Of a stretch of DNA of 64,000 nucleotides, positions 1 through 9,393 are shown piece by piece. Origin of the DNA: an uncultured Gammaproteobacteria bacterium (GTDB lineage: Bacteria > Pseudomonadota > Gammaproteobacteria > UBA9214); assembly GCA_963748215.1 (NCBI GenBank), contig CAVVHS010000006.1:160001-224000 (forward strand), in the 5' to 3' direction. The notes beneath the pieces are model-generated. The model saw nothing but the letters and a program-made list of their open reading frames with translations, was not told the DNA's origin and searched no databases. How positions within the stretch are numbered: position 1 is the first letter of the stretch; each line of letters starts with the position of its first letter. A program made the position numbers and the translations under genes.

Positions 1-471
1 CAGGAGGGCAGGCTGTACCGGAATTTCCAGGGCTATTCGACCCATGCCGGGTGTGACCTGGTCGCCATGGGCATCACCTCGATCGGCAGCGTCGGAATTA
101 CCTATGCGCAGAATGTGAAAACCCTCGAGGCGTATCACGAACGCATCGACAGCGGGCACCTGCCGGTGTACCGGGGCGTGGTGCTCAGTGCGGACGATGT
201 CCTCAGAAGGAATGTCATCACAGACCTTATTTGTCATTTTTACCTGGATATACACGTCATCGAGGAAAAATATCAAATCGCGTTCAACGACTATTTCAGC
301 AGCGTGATCGGGCAGCTCGAGGCCATGCAGGATGACGGCCTGCTGACCGTCGACGCACAGGCGATCAGGGTGCTGCCGGCCGGACGCCTCTTGATCAGGA
401 ATATCTGCATGGCCTTCGACAGCTATCTCCAGGGCCGGCCGGAGAAAAAAGCCTTCTCCAGGGTGATCTAG
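1..471 (+). CDS. hemN: Oxygen-independent coproporphyrinogen III oxidase, C-terminal part (gene starts before window)
   Basis: Frame open from base 1: RLYRNFQGYSTHAGCDLVAMGITSIG...YAQN...GRLLIRNICMAFD..FSRVI, typical HemN C-terminus. Confidence 0.93.
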   Translation, partial: QEGRLYRNFQGYSTHAGCDLVAMGITSIGSVGITYAQNVKTLEAYHERIDSGHLPVYRGVVLSADDVLRRNVITDLICHFYLDIHVIEEKYQIAFNDYFSSVIGQLEAMQDDGLLTVDAQAIRVLPAGRLLIRNICMAFDSYLQGRPEKKAFSRVI

Positions 472-559
472 CCTGCATTTCGCATTGGGGCAGGCGCTGT
501 AAAAAATACCCGCTCTTCATTGCCGTGTTCGTATCGCTTTTAAGGATGTGTCTATTATT

Positions 560-1080
560 GTAGGAGCGCATCTTATGCGCGATAGATAATGGCCACGGAA
601 GCACACGGAAGCACACGAAAATTACATGCAAGATGCGTCGAGACGTGAGACGTGAGACGTGAGTAGGGTGCGTTTTACGCACCGAACGGTGCACAAAGTG
701 CACCCTACAAAAAATAAGGGCCACGGAATGCACGGAACAACACAGAAATGAGACCGTAGGGTGCGTTTTACGCACCGGCAGCGGTGCACGAAGTGCATCC
801 TACAAAAATAAGGGCCACGGAATCCACGGAAGAACACGGAAAAATCAAATGCAAGACGCGTGAGACGTGAGACGAAGCTGTAGCACCAAACGGTGCACAA
901 AGTGCACCCTACACCCTCTATTGAAGGTAGGAGCGCATCTCATGCGCGATCGATAATGGCCACGGAAGCGCATGGAATGACACGGAAAAATCAAATGCAA
1001 GACGCGTCGAGACGTGAGACGTGAGCATTAAATCGTAGGGTGCGCTGTGCGCACCTGCAGGCGTGCATCAACGCACCCCG
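560..1080. repeat. Mosaic REP/REPIN block 1 (GTAG-type REPs, GCCACGGAA repeats, GAGACGT heptamers)
   Basis: GTAGGGTGCGTTTTACGCACC paired with inverted GGTGCAC-N4-GTGCACCCTAC; GTAGGAGCGCATCT(T/C)ATGCGCGAT x2; GCCACGGAA..CACGGAA x4; (GAGACGT)n. Confidence 0.85.
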
Positions 1081-1222
1081 CATTCTATTCCCGCTCCCCG
1101 GCGCTCTCCTGAAGCGGTGGAAAATATCGGCCGCATGGCCGGTCGATCCGGGTTTGCCGTTGGATTATTCACCCTGTCCGGCTGTAACCCGTATCCCCCG
1201 GACAGAACCCGCAGCCGCCCGT

Positions 1223-2857
1223 TCAGTACTCCGGATAGAACATCAGGTCCGCTATCATTTGCTGCAGATCCTGCGGCTGTTCCGCGTCGGCCAGACCGGC
1301 ATCCCAGGCGGCACGCGCCACCTCCATGGCAATGGCGGTCGATACCCTGCGAATGTCGGTCAGGGGCGGGTACACCGTGCCCCTGGCAAGGTCCTGCCCG
1401 GAGACCATGGCCGCCAGGGCGCGAGCCGCCGCGAGGAACATGGCATCGCTGATGGTGCGCGCACGGCAGGCCAGTGTGCCGAGACCGATCCCGGGAAAGA
1501 CATAGGCATTGTTGCCCTGGCCCGGGCGCGAGATCCTGCCGTCGATCTCGACGGCGTCAAACGGGCTGCCGCTGGCGAACACCGCGCGCCCGTCACTCCA
1601 GCGGTAGGCCTGTTCGGCGGTACACTCGGCGCGCGAGGTGGGATTGGACAGTGCGAAAATCACCGGCCGTTCGTTGATCTGTGCCATCAGGCGGATGACC
1701 TGTTCGGTGAATATTCCGGGTGAGCCGGTCGCCCCGATCAGTACCTGGGGCCGCAGGTCGCGAATGGCGTCCACGAGACTGCGCGCGGGCACAGCGTGTG
1801 CGTAGTTGGCGAGATGCGCGGCGTGCGGGCCGTTGTCCTGCACTATCAGCCCGGAACGGTTCACGAACCACAGCCGGCTGCGCACCTGCCGTTTGTCCTG
1901 GCCGGCCTCGCATTGCGCGGCAACGATCAGGTCGGCGATCCCGGTGGCGGCGGAGCCGGCGCCGAGGAACAGGATGCGCTGGCCGGTGAAATCGGACCCG
2001 GTGATGCGGCACGCGGCCAGCAGGCCGGCCAGTACCACTGCAGCGGTGCCCTGGATGTCGTCGTTGAAGCACAGCACGCGTTCGCGGTAGCGATCCAGCA
2101 AGGCATAGGCGTTCGGTGTCAGGAAGTCCTCGAACTGGATCAGGGCAAGCGGGAACGCGTCCTGCACGGCCGCGACGAATTCGTCCACCAGTGACCGGTA
2201 GTCCGCGCCGCGCAGGCGCGGCCGGTCGATCCCGAGATAGAGCGGATCGCGGCGCAGGGTTTCGTTGTCGGTGCCGACGTCGAGCATCACCGGCATGCAT
2301 TGCTGCGGCGGAATGCCCGCGCAGGCGGTGTACAGCGCGAGCTTGCCGATCGGGATGCCCATGCCGTTGGCGCCCAGGTCGCCAAGCCCGAGGATGCGTT
2401 CGCCGTCGGTCACCACGATCAGGCGCACGTCCCGGGCCGGCCAGTTGTCCATGATGGTGCGTATCTGTCCGCGGTCCTGCGGGGTGATATAGAAACCGCG
2501 CGGCTGGCGGAAGATGTGCGCATATTCCTGGCAGGCCTGGCCGACCGTCGGCGTGTAGATCAGCGGCATGATCTCCTCGATGTGGTCGATCACCAGGCGG
2601 TAGAACAGACGCTCGTTGCGGTCCTGCAGGGCGAGCAGGAAGATGTAGCGTTCGATGTCATTTTCCTTGCGGCGCAGGTTGGCCAGTGCGCGTGCTTCCT
2701 GTGCCGCCAGGCTGGATACCCGCGCCGGCAGCAGGCCGCGCAGTCCGTAGCGGTCGCGCTCCGCCTCGGTAAATGCGGTACCCTTGTTGAATTCAGCTCG
2801 CTTCAGCAGGTCGTAGCCGCTCAGCAGCGGATGTAAAACCTGATGGTCGTCGGCCAT
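1223..2857 (-). CDS. maeA: NAD-dependent malic enzyme
   Basis: FNKGTAF, YTPTVG, VTDGERILGLGDLG, QFEDF, FNDDIQGTA, GAGSA, ALSNPT motifs; AGGAG RBS spacing favours second ATG (2857). Confidence 0.92.
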   Translation of the reverse strand: MADDHQVLHPLLSGYDLLKRAEFNKGTAFTEAERDRYGLRGLLPARVSSLAAQEARALANLRRKENDIERYIFLLALQDRNERLFYRLVIDHIEEIMPLIYTPTVGQACQEYAHIFRQPRGFYITPQDRGQIRTIMDNWPARDVRLIVVTDGERILGLGDLGANGMGIPIGKLALYTACAGIPPQQCMPVMLDVGTDNETLRRDPLYLGIDRPRLRGADYRSLVDEFVAAVQDAFPLALIQFEDFLTPNAYALLDRYRERVLCFNDDIQGTAAVVLAGLLAACRITGSDFTGQRILFLGAGSAATGIADLIVAAQCEAGQDKRQVRSRLWFVNRSGLIVQDNGPHAAHLANYAHAVPARSLVDAIRDLRPQVLIGATGSPGIFTEQVIRLMAQINERPVIFALSNPTSRAECTAEQAYRWSDGRAVFASGSPFDAVEIDGRISRPGQGNNAYVFPGIGLGTLACRARTISDAMFLAAARALAAMVSGQDLARGTVYPPLTDIRRVSTAIAMEVARAAWDAGLADAEQPQDLQQMIADLMFYPEY

Positions 2858-3013
2858 GGCCATAGCTCCTCGCGGCCGGTGCAGGCCGCAGCTGCTGCCG
2901 GCATTGTTGCCTGTGGCGGGGCGCGGGGCAGGCCGTCACCCCGGGCATGTGCCCGGGCGCGCAACACCGCGGAAGCCGTAATGTACCTGAAATGACCGGG
3001 TTTTGTGCGTTAC

Positions 3014-3027
3014 TTGACTGATATCAA
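3014..3027. promoter_or_regulatory. FNR-like box upstream of malic enzyme
   Basis: TTGAC-TGAT-ATCAA, 1 mismatch to TTGAT-N4-ATCAA. Confidence 0.55.
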
Positions 3028-3059
3028 CGTATATCATTCAATTGTGGGCTAACTAGTCA

Positions 3060-3455
3060 TAGAAGCCCTGATTCGTTGAAAAATTTCCGTCATTGCGAGC
3101 GCGATGTACATGGATGTACAAGTGGCGCGTAAGGCATGGAGGAGGTGAAACCGGGAACCGGTTGAGAGACTGGCCTGGGCCATGCCGGGAGCGGCTAGTG
3201 CGGCAATCTCATGCCATGGAATCAGTTACTTAGGGAGGCTCTGATTAATTCGTCATTCCGGGCGTAGCCCGGACTTGATCCGGGGGGAGACCCGGAATCC
3301 AGGTGTTACAATTCAGGCCATTACTGGATTCCGGCCCCTGCCTTCGCAGGGGCAGGCTCTGAGCCGGAATGACGAGCATTGAATTAATCAGAGCTTCCTT
3401 AGAGATTGCTTCGTCACTTTGATCCTTGCAATGTCGAATTAATCAGAGCGTCTTG
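3060..3455. mobile_element. Nested palindromic MITE/CGTC-type REP elements
   Basis: Inner IR TAGGGAGGCTCTGATTAATTC(3231)...GAATTAATCAGAGCTTCCTTA(3401) enclosing CGTCATTCCGG...CCGGAATGACG, inside an outer CGTCATTGCGAG..GCAATCTC / GAGATTGC..GCAATG element. Confidence 0.7.
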
Positions 3456-3484
3456 AAAAATCAATCAGCGTCACGGGAGTCCAG

Positions 3485-5728
3485 ATGGCAACCAGTATTC
3501 ATTCGGTAACAACATCCGCAAAACCCGGTACCAAGCCGGCGACAAAGGATGCCGGGGCAGCAGGCACCGTCAAACCGGCGTGCAACATCGAGACGGACAG
3601 CCCGCAGTGTTACCTGAACCGGGAGCTGACCTGGCTCGAATTCAACCGCCGCGTAATGCATATGGCCGAGGACGAAGGCACGCCGCTGCTGGAACGCGTC
3701 AAGTATCTCGCCATCGTCAGCAGCAACATCGACGAGTTTTTCATGAAACGCATCGGCGGTCTGAAACAGCAGATCGCCGCGGGTATCCGCACACCGACTG
3801 TGGACGGGCGGACACCCTATGAACAGGTGATAGAGTGCCAGGCCGTGGTGCGCGATATCCACCAGCGGCAGAAGATTATCCTCGAACGCCTGCGTGAGCT
3901 GCTCAGGCATCATGATATTCGTATCGTGCCATATGCCGAACTGCCCGCGGATAAACAGGCGGCCCTTCGTGAAAACTTCAGCATCAATATATTCCCCCTG
4001 CTGACGCCACTGGCAATGGACCCGGGACACCCGTTCCCGTTTATCTCCAATCTCGCGCTGAACCTGCTGGTGACCCTGCGACACCCGGGTGGCAGTGCCA
4101 GCCATATAGCCCGTGTCAAGGTGCCGATCTCGGGGGATGTGGCGCCGCGCTTTATCAGTGTAGGCGATGGCAACACCTTCGTGACCCTGGATGATGTCGT
4201 CACGGCCAATATGGACATGCTGTTCCCGGGCATGGAGATTCTGTCCTGCGAGTTGTTCCGGGTGACCCGCAACGCCGTCGTGGAAGTCGATGAAGAAGAG
4301 GCGGATGACCTGCTGGAAATGATCGAATCCGAGCTGAGAGACCGCCATTTCGCACCGATCGTCCGCCTGCAGGTCGCGCATGGCATGAATCCCGTACATC
4401 GCGGCATGCTGGCCGCCGAGCTCGGGCTGGACGAGGAGGCGGACGTCTTCGAGGTCAATTCGCTCATGGGCATGCGCGACCTGTTCGAGATCGCATCCCT
4501 GGATATGCCGGAGCTGCACGATCCGGTGCATACCCCGATCGACCATACCCGCCTGGCGCATGACTCACGCAATATCTTCCACATCATTCGCGAGCACAAG
4601 GCACTGCTGCTGCAGCACCCCTATGAATCGTTTGCGACCAGCGTGGAGCGCTTCCTGCGCACCGCCAGCGAAGATCCCAAGGTGCTGGCGATCAAGATGA
4701 CGCTCTATCGCACCTCCGGGGAAGGCAAGGTCATAGAATCCCTGGTCCAGGCCGCCCTGAATGGCAAGCAGGTGGCGGTACTGGTCGAACTCAAGGCGCG
4801 CTTCGACGAGGCGAAGAACATCGGCTGGGCACGCCGACTCGAGCGGGTGGGTATCCACGTCACCTATGGTGTCGTCGGACTGAAGACGCACAGCAAGGTC
4901 ATTCTCGTGGTGCGCAAGGATTACAACGGTCTGCGCCGCTATGCGCACATCGGCACGGGCAACTACCATGCCGGTACCGCGCGAATGTACAGCGATCTCG
5001 GCATGCTGACCTGTGATCCGGACATTGCCCAGGACCTGACCGAATTGTTCAATTTCCTCACCGGCTATTCGCCACCGCCGCGTTACCGCAAGATACTTAC
5101 CTCGCCCTATGCCCTGAAAAAAGCGCTGCTCGAGAAAATCGAACGCGAGGTCAAAAACCACCGCCCCGAGTCGCCCGGTTTGATCCAGCTGAAGATGAAC
5201 GCACTCGAGGACGAGGACATCACCCGTGCGCTGTACCGTGCTTCCCAGGCGGGTGTCCGCATCGACCTGATCGTGCGGGATACCTGCCGGTTGCGGCCAC
5301 GTGTCCCGGGCCTGAGCGAGACGGTTCGCATTATCAGCGTGGTCGGACGTTTTCTGGAACACACCCGCATCTACTATTTCAAAAACAACGGCAGTGAAGA
5401 GTATTTCATCGGTTCCGCGGACCTGATGAAGCGTAACCTGGAAAGCCGAGTGGAAGTCGTCGCGCCGGTCGAGGAGCCGAAACTGCGCCAGGAGCTGCGC
5501 CTGATCCTGGATGCGCAGCTGTCCAGTCGCAGGAATGTCTGGGAAATGCAGTCCGATGGCAGCTACCTCGAGGTGCCGGACAGTGGCGAGAAGGAGTCAC
5601 GCAGTTGCCAGGACATCTTCATCGAACTGGCACAGAAACGTCAGGCGGCTGCACTCAAGCATCGGCAGGCCAAGCTGCGCAAGAAACTGCTGACGTACTT
5701 CCACAAGCGCGTGCAGAGCAACAAGTAA
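3485..5728 (+). CDS. ppk1: Polyphosphate kinase 1
   Basis: YLNRELTWLEFNRRV, NIDEFFMKR, HPFPFISN, HPYESF, IKMTLYRT, ELKARFDE, KTHSK, HIGTGNY, GRFLEH, GSADLM. Confidence 0.97.
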   Translation: MATSIHSVTTSAKPGTKPATKDAGAAGTVKPACNIETDSPQCYLNRELTWLEFNRRVMHMAEDEGTPLLERVKYLAIVSSNIDEFFMKRIGGLKQQIAAGIRTPTVDGRTPYEQVIECQAVVRDIHQRQKIILERLRELLRHHDIRIVPYAELPADKQAALRENFSINIFPLLTPLAMDPGHPFPFISNLALNLLVTLRHPGGSASHIARVKVPISGDVAPRFISVGDGNTFVTLDDVVTANMDMLFPGMEILSCELFRVTRNAVVEVDEEEADDLLEMIESELRDRHFAPIVRLQVAHGMNPVHRGMLAAELGLDEEADVFEVNSLMGMRDLFEIASLDMPELHDPVHTPIDHTRLAHDSRNIFHIIREHKALLLQHPYESFATSVERFLRTASEDPKVLAIKMTLYRTSGEGKVIESLVQAALNGKQVAVLVELKARFDEAKNIGWARRLERVGIHVTYGVVGLKTHSKVILVVRKDYNGLRRYAHIGTGNYHAGTARMYSDLGMLTCDPDIAQDLTELFNFLTGYSPPPRYRKILTSPYALKKALLEKIEREVKNHRPESPGLIQLKMNALEDEDITRALYRASQAGVRIDLIVRDTCRLRPRVPGLSETVRIISVVGRFLEHTRIYYFKNNGSEEYFIGSADLMKRNLESRVEVVAPVEEPKLRQELRLILDAQLSSRRNVWEMQSDGSYLEVPDSGEKESRSCQDIFIELAQKRQAAALKHRQAKLRKKLLTYFHKRVQSNK

Positions 5729-5829
5729 TAAGGGCGTTTGACAATCGGTTGTCGGTACATCTCGACCGGCAGGCATGGTTAATCTTCTAGCCGGCCCGTT
5801 TGCATGTCCACGCTTGCCGCCGTGCAGGA

Positions 5830-5925
5830 GGATCTACGAGACGGATCGCCTCGGCCTGGGGAGGGAATATAAAAGAGAGATCATCGATGACTGCGAGCAG
5901 CGTGATCGAACTGTCCCCGGGGAAT
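5830..5925 (+). pseudogene. Possible remnant of a RelE/ParE-family toxin gene
   Basis: YETDRLGLGREYKREII...PGEW resembles the 'YE...GLG.EF..E' N-terminal helix of ParE-like toxins; no credible start or C-terminus. Confidence 0.25.
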
Positions 5926-6052
5926 GGAAGCCGACCAGAAAATCCATTGCAGCCCTGGCGCAGTCAGATCCGTCGGTTGCCAGTAAAATCTTCATTATCA
6001 GGTTCCTTGTTTACCCGTGTTGTCTTGCCTGTCAGTTCCGCGCGGTATGACA

Positions 6053-6381
6053 TCATGCCGGATGTGCGCCACCGATGTTCAGGACATATTGCATAACGAT
6101 GTACGTAAAATACACGCCCAGCAACCACACGCCCTGCCAGCGGTAAAATACTCCGGCCGTGTTCATCGAGATAAATACCCGGAATGAGTACAGTATGATG
6201 AGCATGGCGGGGAAGTGGAAGTAGAAGAAATTGTCCGGTATCGCCAGCGGTGCCGTGGCAGTGGCCGCACCGATAACGAACAGGCAATTGAGGACATCGG
6301 CGCCGACAATATTGCCAACCGTGATCTCGGGATAACCCTTGCGCACCGCGGCAATCGCAGTCGTCAGTTCCGCAACGAGGT
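6053..6381 (-). pseudogene. C-terminal fragment of a YrbG-like Ca2+/Na+ (CaCA) antiporter
   Basis: ELTTAIAAVRKGYPEITVGNIVGADVLN = alpha-2 repeat; upstream acc tcg ttg cg gaa reads TSL(P)E with one base missing; the N-terminal part is absent and the fragment abuts the stop of the upstream gene. Confidence 0.75.
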
Positions 6382-7103
6382 CAGACGGCGGGCGCGCTGG
6401 TCAGGTGGTCGGCGTCAGCATCATCACCCGGGACCGGTGGGACGCTGATCGTTACCGGACCGTTTGACCAGGGCACCTTGATGCTGCCCGAACGCAGGAA
6501 CCCCGATTTCTTGCCAAGCTCATCGTAGCGTGTGCAGTTGCCGTCCCGGTCGAGGGTGAAATCCCCGATGTAGCGGTGCGAAACCTTCTGTTTTAGCTGG
6601 CTGGCGTAATCAAGGCCGAGAAAATGACTGACGAAGCCGCGGATGACGCCGGCATGCACGACCAGCAATATCGTGCTGTCAGGATGGCGTGCATTCTGTG
6701 ACAGCAGGAAATCGACGCTGCGCTTCTGCATCTGGCGGAAGCTTTCGCCTTCGGGGTAGACAAAGTCCGGGTCCTTCTTGTGTTGCGGGAGATGCTTCGT
6801 GACCCACTGCTTGCTTTTGTTGTACAGCGCACCGTAATTGACTTCATTCAGCTCCGCCGCATCGTGCACACAGAGGATGCTGTAATTGCGGGCATAGTGC
6901 ATGGCCGTGCGGCGTGCGCGTTCGAGGTGGCTGGAATAGACGCGATCGAAGCTGATTTCAAGCTCGCGCAGGCGGCCATCGATGTAGGCGATGTCGTCTC
7001 CCCAGTCCTTCGCGCGTGGTGCATCGCCCCAGCCCATGATCCGGCCGGAGGCATTCAGGAGGGTCTTGTAGTGCCTGACGACTATCGCGCGCATATTCAT
7101 CAA
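6381..7103 (-). CDS. Histidine phosphatase / phosphoglycerate mutase family protein
   Basis: VVRHYKT (RHG-like), SSHLERARRTA, LNEVNYG, PEGESF, VVHAGVIR. Confidence 0.85.
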   Translation of the reverse strand: MMNMRAIVVRHYKTLLNASGRIMGWGDAPRAKDWGDDIAYIDGRLRELEISFDRVYSSHLERARRTAMHYARNYSILCVHDAAELNEVNYGALYNKSKQWVTKHLPQHKKDPDFVYPEGESFRQMQKRSVDFLLSQNARHPDSTILLVVHAGVIRGFVSHFLGLDYASQLKQKVSHRYIGDFTLDRDGNCTRYDELGKKSGFLRSGSIKVPWSNGPVTISVPPVPGDDADADHLTSAPAV

Positions 7104-7373
7104 GTTAGCAAGTCAGGCGCGGCTTGTAAAAACATACCGACCGGTTGAAGCAATGCTGCGGGTGGCATTGCACCTCGCAGGCGTCACTGGCTGGATGCCA
7201 AGCGATTGAATAATATGGGCTTAAGTGGTGAATGTGCGGCTGCCCGCCCGGTAGGGGCGCGTCCGGTGCGGCCGCATGAAGAAAATGCCTGTCAAGCCGA
7301 ATTGCTAATGTACTATCGTCAGCGATAATCCGATTGTACCCCGCATTTGACGGGATCCGGCAAGGTGTCGCAT

Positions 7374-8564
7374 ATGGCAAAAACCGTTGTTATCAATCAG
7401 CCCGATGGCGACCGTACACCTTTTTTGCGCGGCATCCTCGTGCAATCGCTGATGAATGTCGGACTGCAATTCGACGAGGCCTACCCGCTGGCGCAGAAGG
7501 TACGCGACGAACTGCGCGACACCGAGGAAATCACCAGCACCGATCTGAAAAAGAAGGTGGCCGGGTTGCTGGAGGCACGGTTTGGCCGGAACCGGCGCAA
7601 AACATATGAAACACGGCCGGCTGACGAAACCGATGTCGTGGTGCATACGCCGACTCGCAGCGAGCCGTTTTCCGCCGGTCTGCTGGCCCATTCACTGGAA
7701 AGCTGCGCGATCGAACCGGATATCGCCCACGAGGGCGCGCGCAAGGTGTACGCATCCCTGCAGAAAACCGGGCACCGGGAAATCAACCACAAGACCCTGC
7801 GCAAGCTGATTTACCAGTGTCTGAAGGATCATTGTTCCCCTGAGTCTGCGGACCGCTATCTCTCGTGGCGCAGGTTCCAGAACAGCGGCGATCCGCTGAT
7901 CCTGCTGATCGGTGGTGTGACCGGCGCCGGCAAGAGCACCATTTCCTCGGAGGTGGCCTACCGGCTGGATATCGGTCGCATCCAGTCCACGGATATGATG
8001 CGCGAAATCATACGCGCCTACCTGACGCCCGAGGCGGTGCCGACGCTCGGTTATTCGAGCTTCGAGGCCTGGCGTGGCCTGGCCTCGCCGCTAGATGAGC
8101 AGAGCGGTGAAACCGAAAATCCGGTGATTGCCGGGTTTCTTTCCCAGTTCACTACCATCAAGCCGGCGCTGGTCGCCGCCATCGGCCGCGCAGTCAAGGA
8201 ACAGCACGACCTGATCATCGAGGGGGTGCATATCGTGCCCACCATGCTGGGCCTGGAGGATGCACGAAAACAGGCCATCGTCGTACCGCTCATGCTGGCA
8301 ACCATGGAAAAGTCGGCGCTGGAAAAGCAGCTCAAGCGCCGCGGCCGCGAGAAGAGCGGGCGGCGGGCATCGCGTTACCTGAAACACATCGATGATATCT
8401 GGGAGCTGCAGTCCTACCTGTTGAGCGAGGCCGACAACGCCGGTGTTCCCATCATCACCAACTGGCACATCGAGACCACCGTGCGCGAAGTGCTCAATCT
8501 GGTCATGGCCAAGGTCATGAAACGCTACCCGCCAAAATTCAACGACCTGGACTGGGAAAGCTAG
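7374..8564 (+). CDS. 2-phosphoglycerate-kinase-like P-loop kinase with two N-terminal ATP-cone-like repeats
   Basis: PFLRGILVQSL and PFSAGLLAHSL repeats; LIGGVTGAGKST Walker A; STDMMREIIR, SSFEAW, IIEGVHIVP, RYL...IWELQSYL as in archaeal 2PGK family. Confidence 0.8.
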   Translation: MAKTVVINQPDGDRTPFLRGILVQSLMNVGLQFDEAYPLAQKVRDELRDTEEITSTDLKKKVAGLLEARFGRNRRKTYETRPADETDVVVHTPTRSEPFSAGLLAHSLESCAIEPDIAHEGARKVYASLQKTGHREINHKTLRKLIYQCLKDHCSPESADRYLSWRRFQNSGDPLILLIGGVTGAGKSTISSEVAYRLDIGRIQSTDMMREIIRAYLTPEAVPTLGYSSFEAWRGLASPLDEQSGETENPVIAGFLSQFTTIKPALVAAIGRAVKEQHDLIIEGVHIVPTMLGLEDARKQAIVVPLMLATMEKSALEKQLKRRGREKSGRRASRYLKHIDDIWELQSYLLSEADNAGVPIITNWHIETTVREVLNLVMAKVMKRYPPKFNDLDWES

Positions 8565-8725
8565 CCCGGGATTTGCACGGGGCTACCGTGCCGCTATGCC
8601 GCTAAAATCAGCGCCCATGGCTTTCATCTCCCGCAAATCGGTATAGAATCGACCGCTGTTTAAAAAAATCAATCAGCCCGGTCAGCCGCATCCGCTGTCA
8701 TGACCGGCAGTTCAGGGGGCAAACC

Positions 8726-9205
8726 ATGGCAACGGCGCCAGCAACAAATCCGATACTCGTGCCTGTCGACTTTTCGCCGGATTCGGAAGCGGCTCTTGCC
8801 TGTGCCGCCGAACTTTCCACGCTGTTCAACGCTCCCTTGCTGGTCGTGCACGTCGTGCATGATCCGGGCGAGGCGCCCGGTTACTACGCAATCAAGGGCC
8901 ACAACAAGCACTTGCAGAAAATGGAGGACGTCGCTGCCGGTATGCTCAAGGAATTCATGAAATCGTTTTCCGAGGCGCACCCCGACCTGGTTGCTATCAG
9001 TACGGCTGAAACCAGTCTGGTCACCGGTCTGCCGGTCAACCGTATTCTCGAACTCGCCGACAAGTCCGCGGCGCGCATGATCGTGATGGGCAGCCAGGGA
9101 CGCACCGGGCTGGCGCGCGCGCTGCTGGGTTCCAAGGCCGAGCAGGTCGTGCGCCTGGCGCATATCCCGGTGACGATCGTCAAGTCTGACGAAAAACACG
9201 ACTAG
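8726..9205 (+). CDS. Universal stress protein
   Basis: ILVPVDFSPDS...IVMGSQGRTGLARALLGSKAEQVVR...PVTIVK. Confidence 0.9.
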   Translation: MATAPATNPILVPVDFSPDSEAALACAAELSTLFNAPLLVVHVVHDPGEAPGYYAIKGHNKHLQKMEDVAAGMLKEFMKSFSEAHPDLVAISTAETSLVTGLPVNRILELADKSAARMIVMGSQGRTGLARALLGSKAEQVVRLAHIPVTIVKSDEKHD

Positions 9206-9369
9206 GAGCCTGTCGGACTTAGGTGTTCGTAGCGAGGCGAGTGGGAAAGGGAGAGCAAATGATCACGATTTTGAGGCGCATAGTGGTCCTACGTAACGAG
9301 AAATCGGGGACATTTGGGCCGCTTTCCCGCCGCCGCAGTAGAATCATCCTAAGTCCGACAGGCTCCTAG
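9202..9369. mobile_element. 168-bp MITE-like palindromic element
   Basis: Perfect 22-bp terminal IR CTAGGAGCCTGTCGGACTTAGG / CCTAAGTCCGACAGGCTCCTAG; left end supplies the USP stop codon. Confidence 0.75.
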
Positions 9370-9393
9370 GGCAGCCAGGGAAGGAGAATCGAT

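Noticed and set aside
395-900. ORFs 395..775 and 622..900, and similar ORFs at 41.3-41.8, 48.8-49.0 and 57.8-58.6 kb
   Set aside because: Translations of REP repeats (recurring RKTHPT / CVKRTL), not genes
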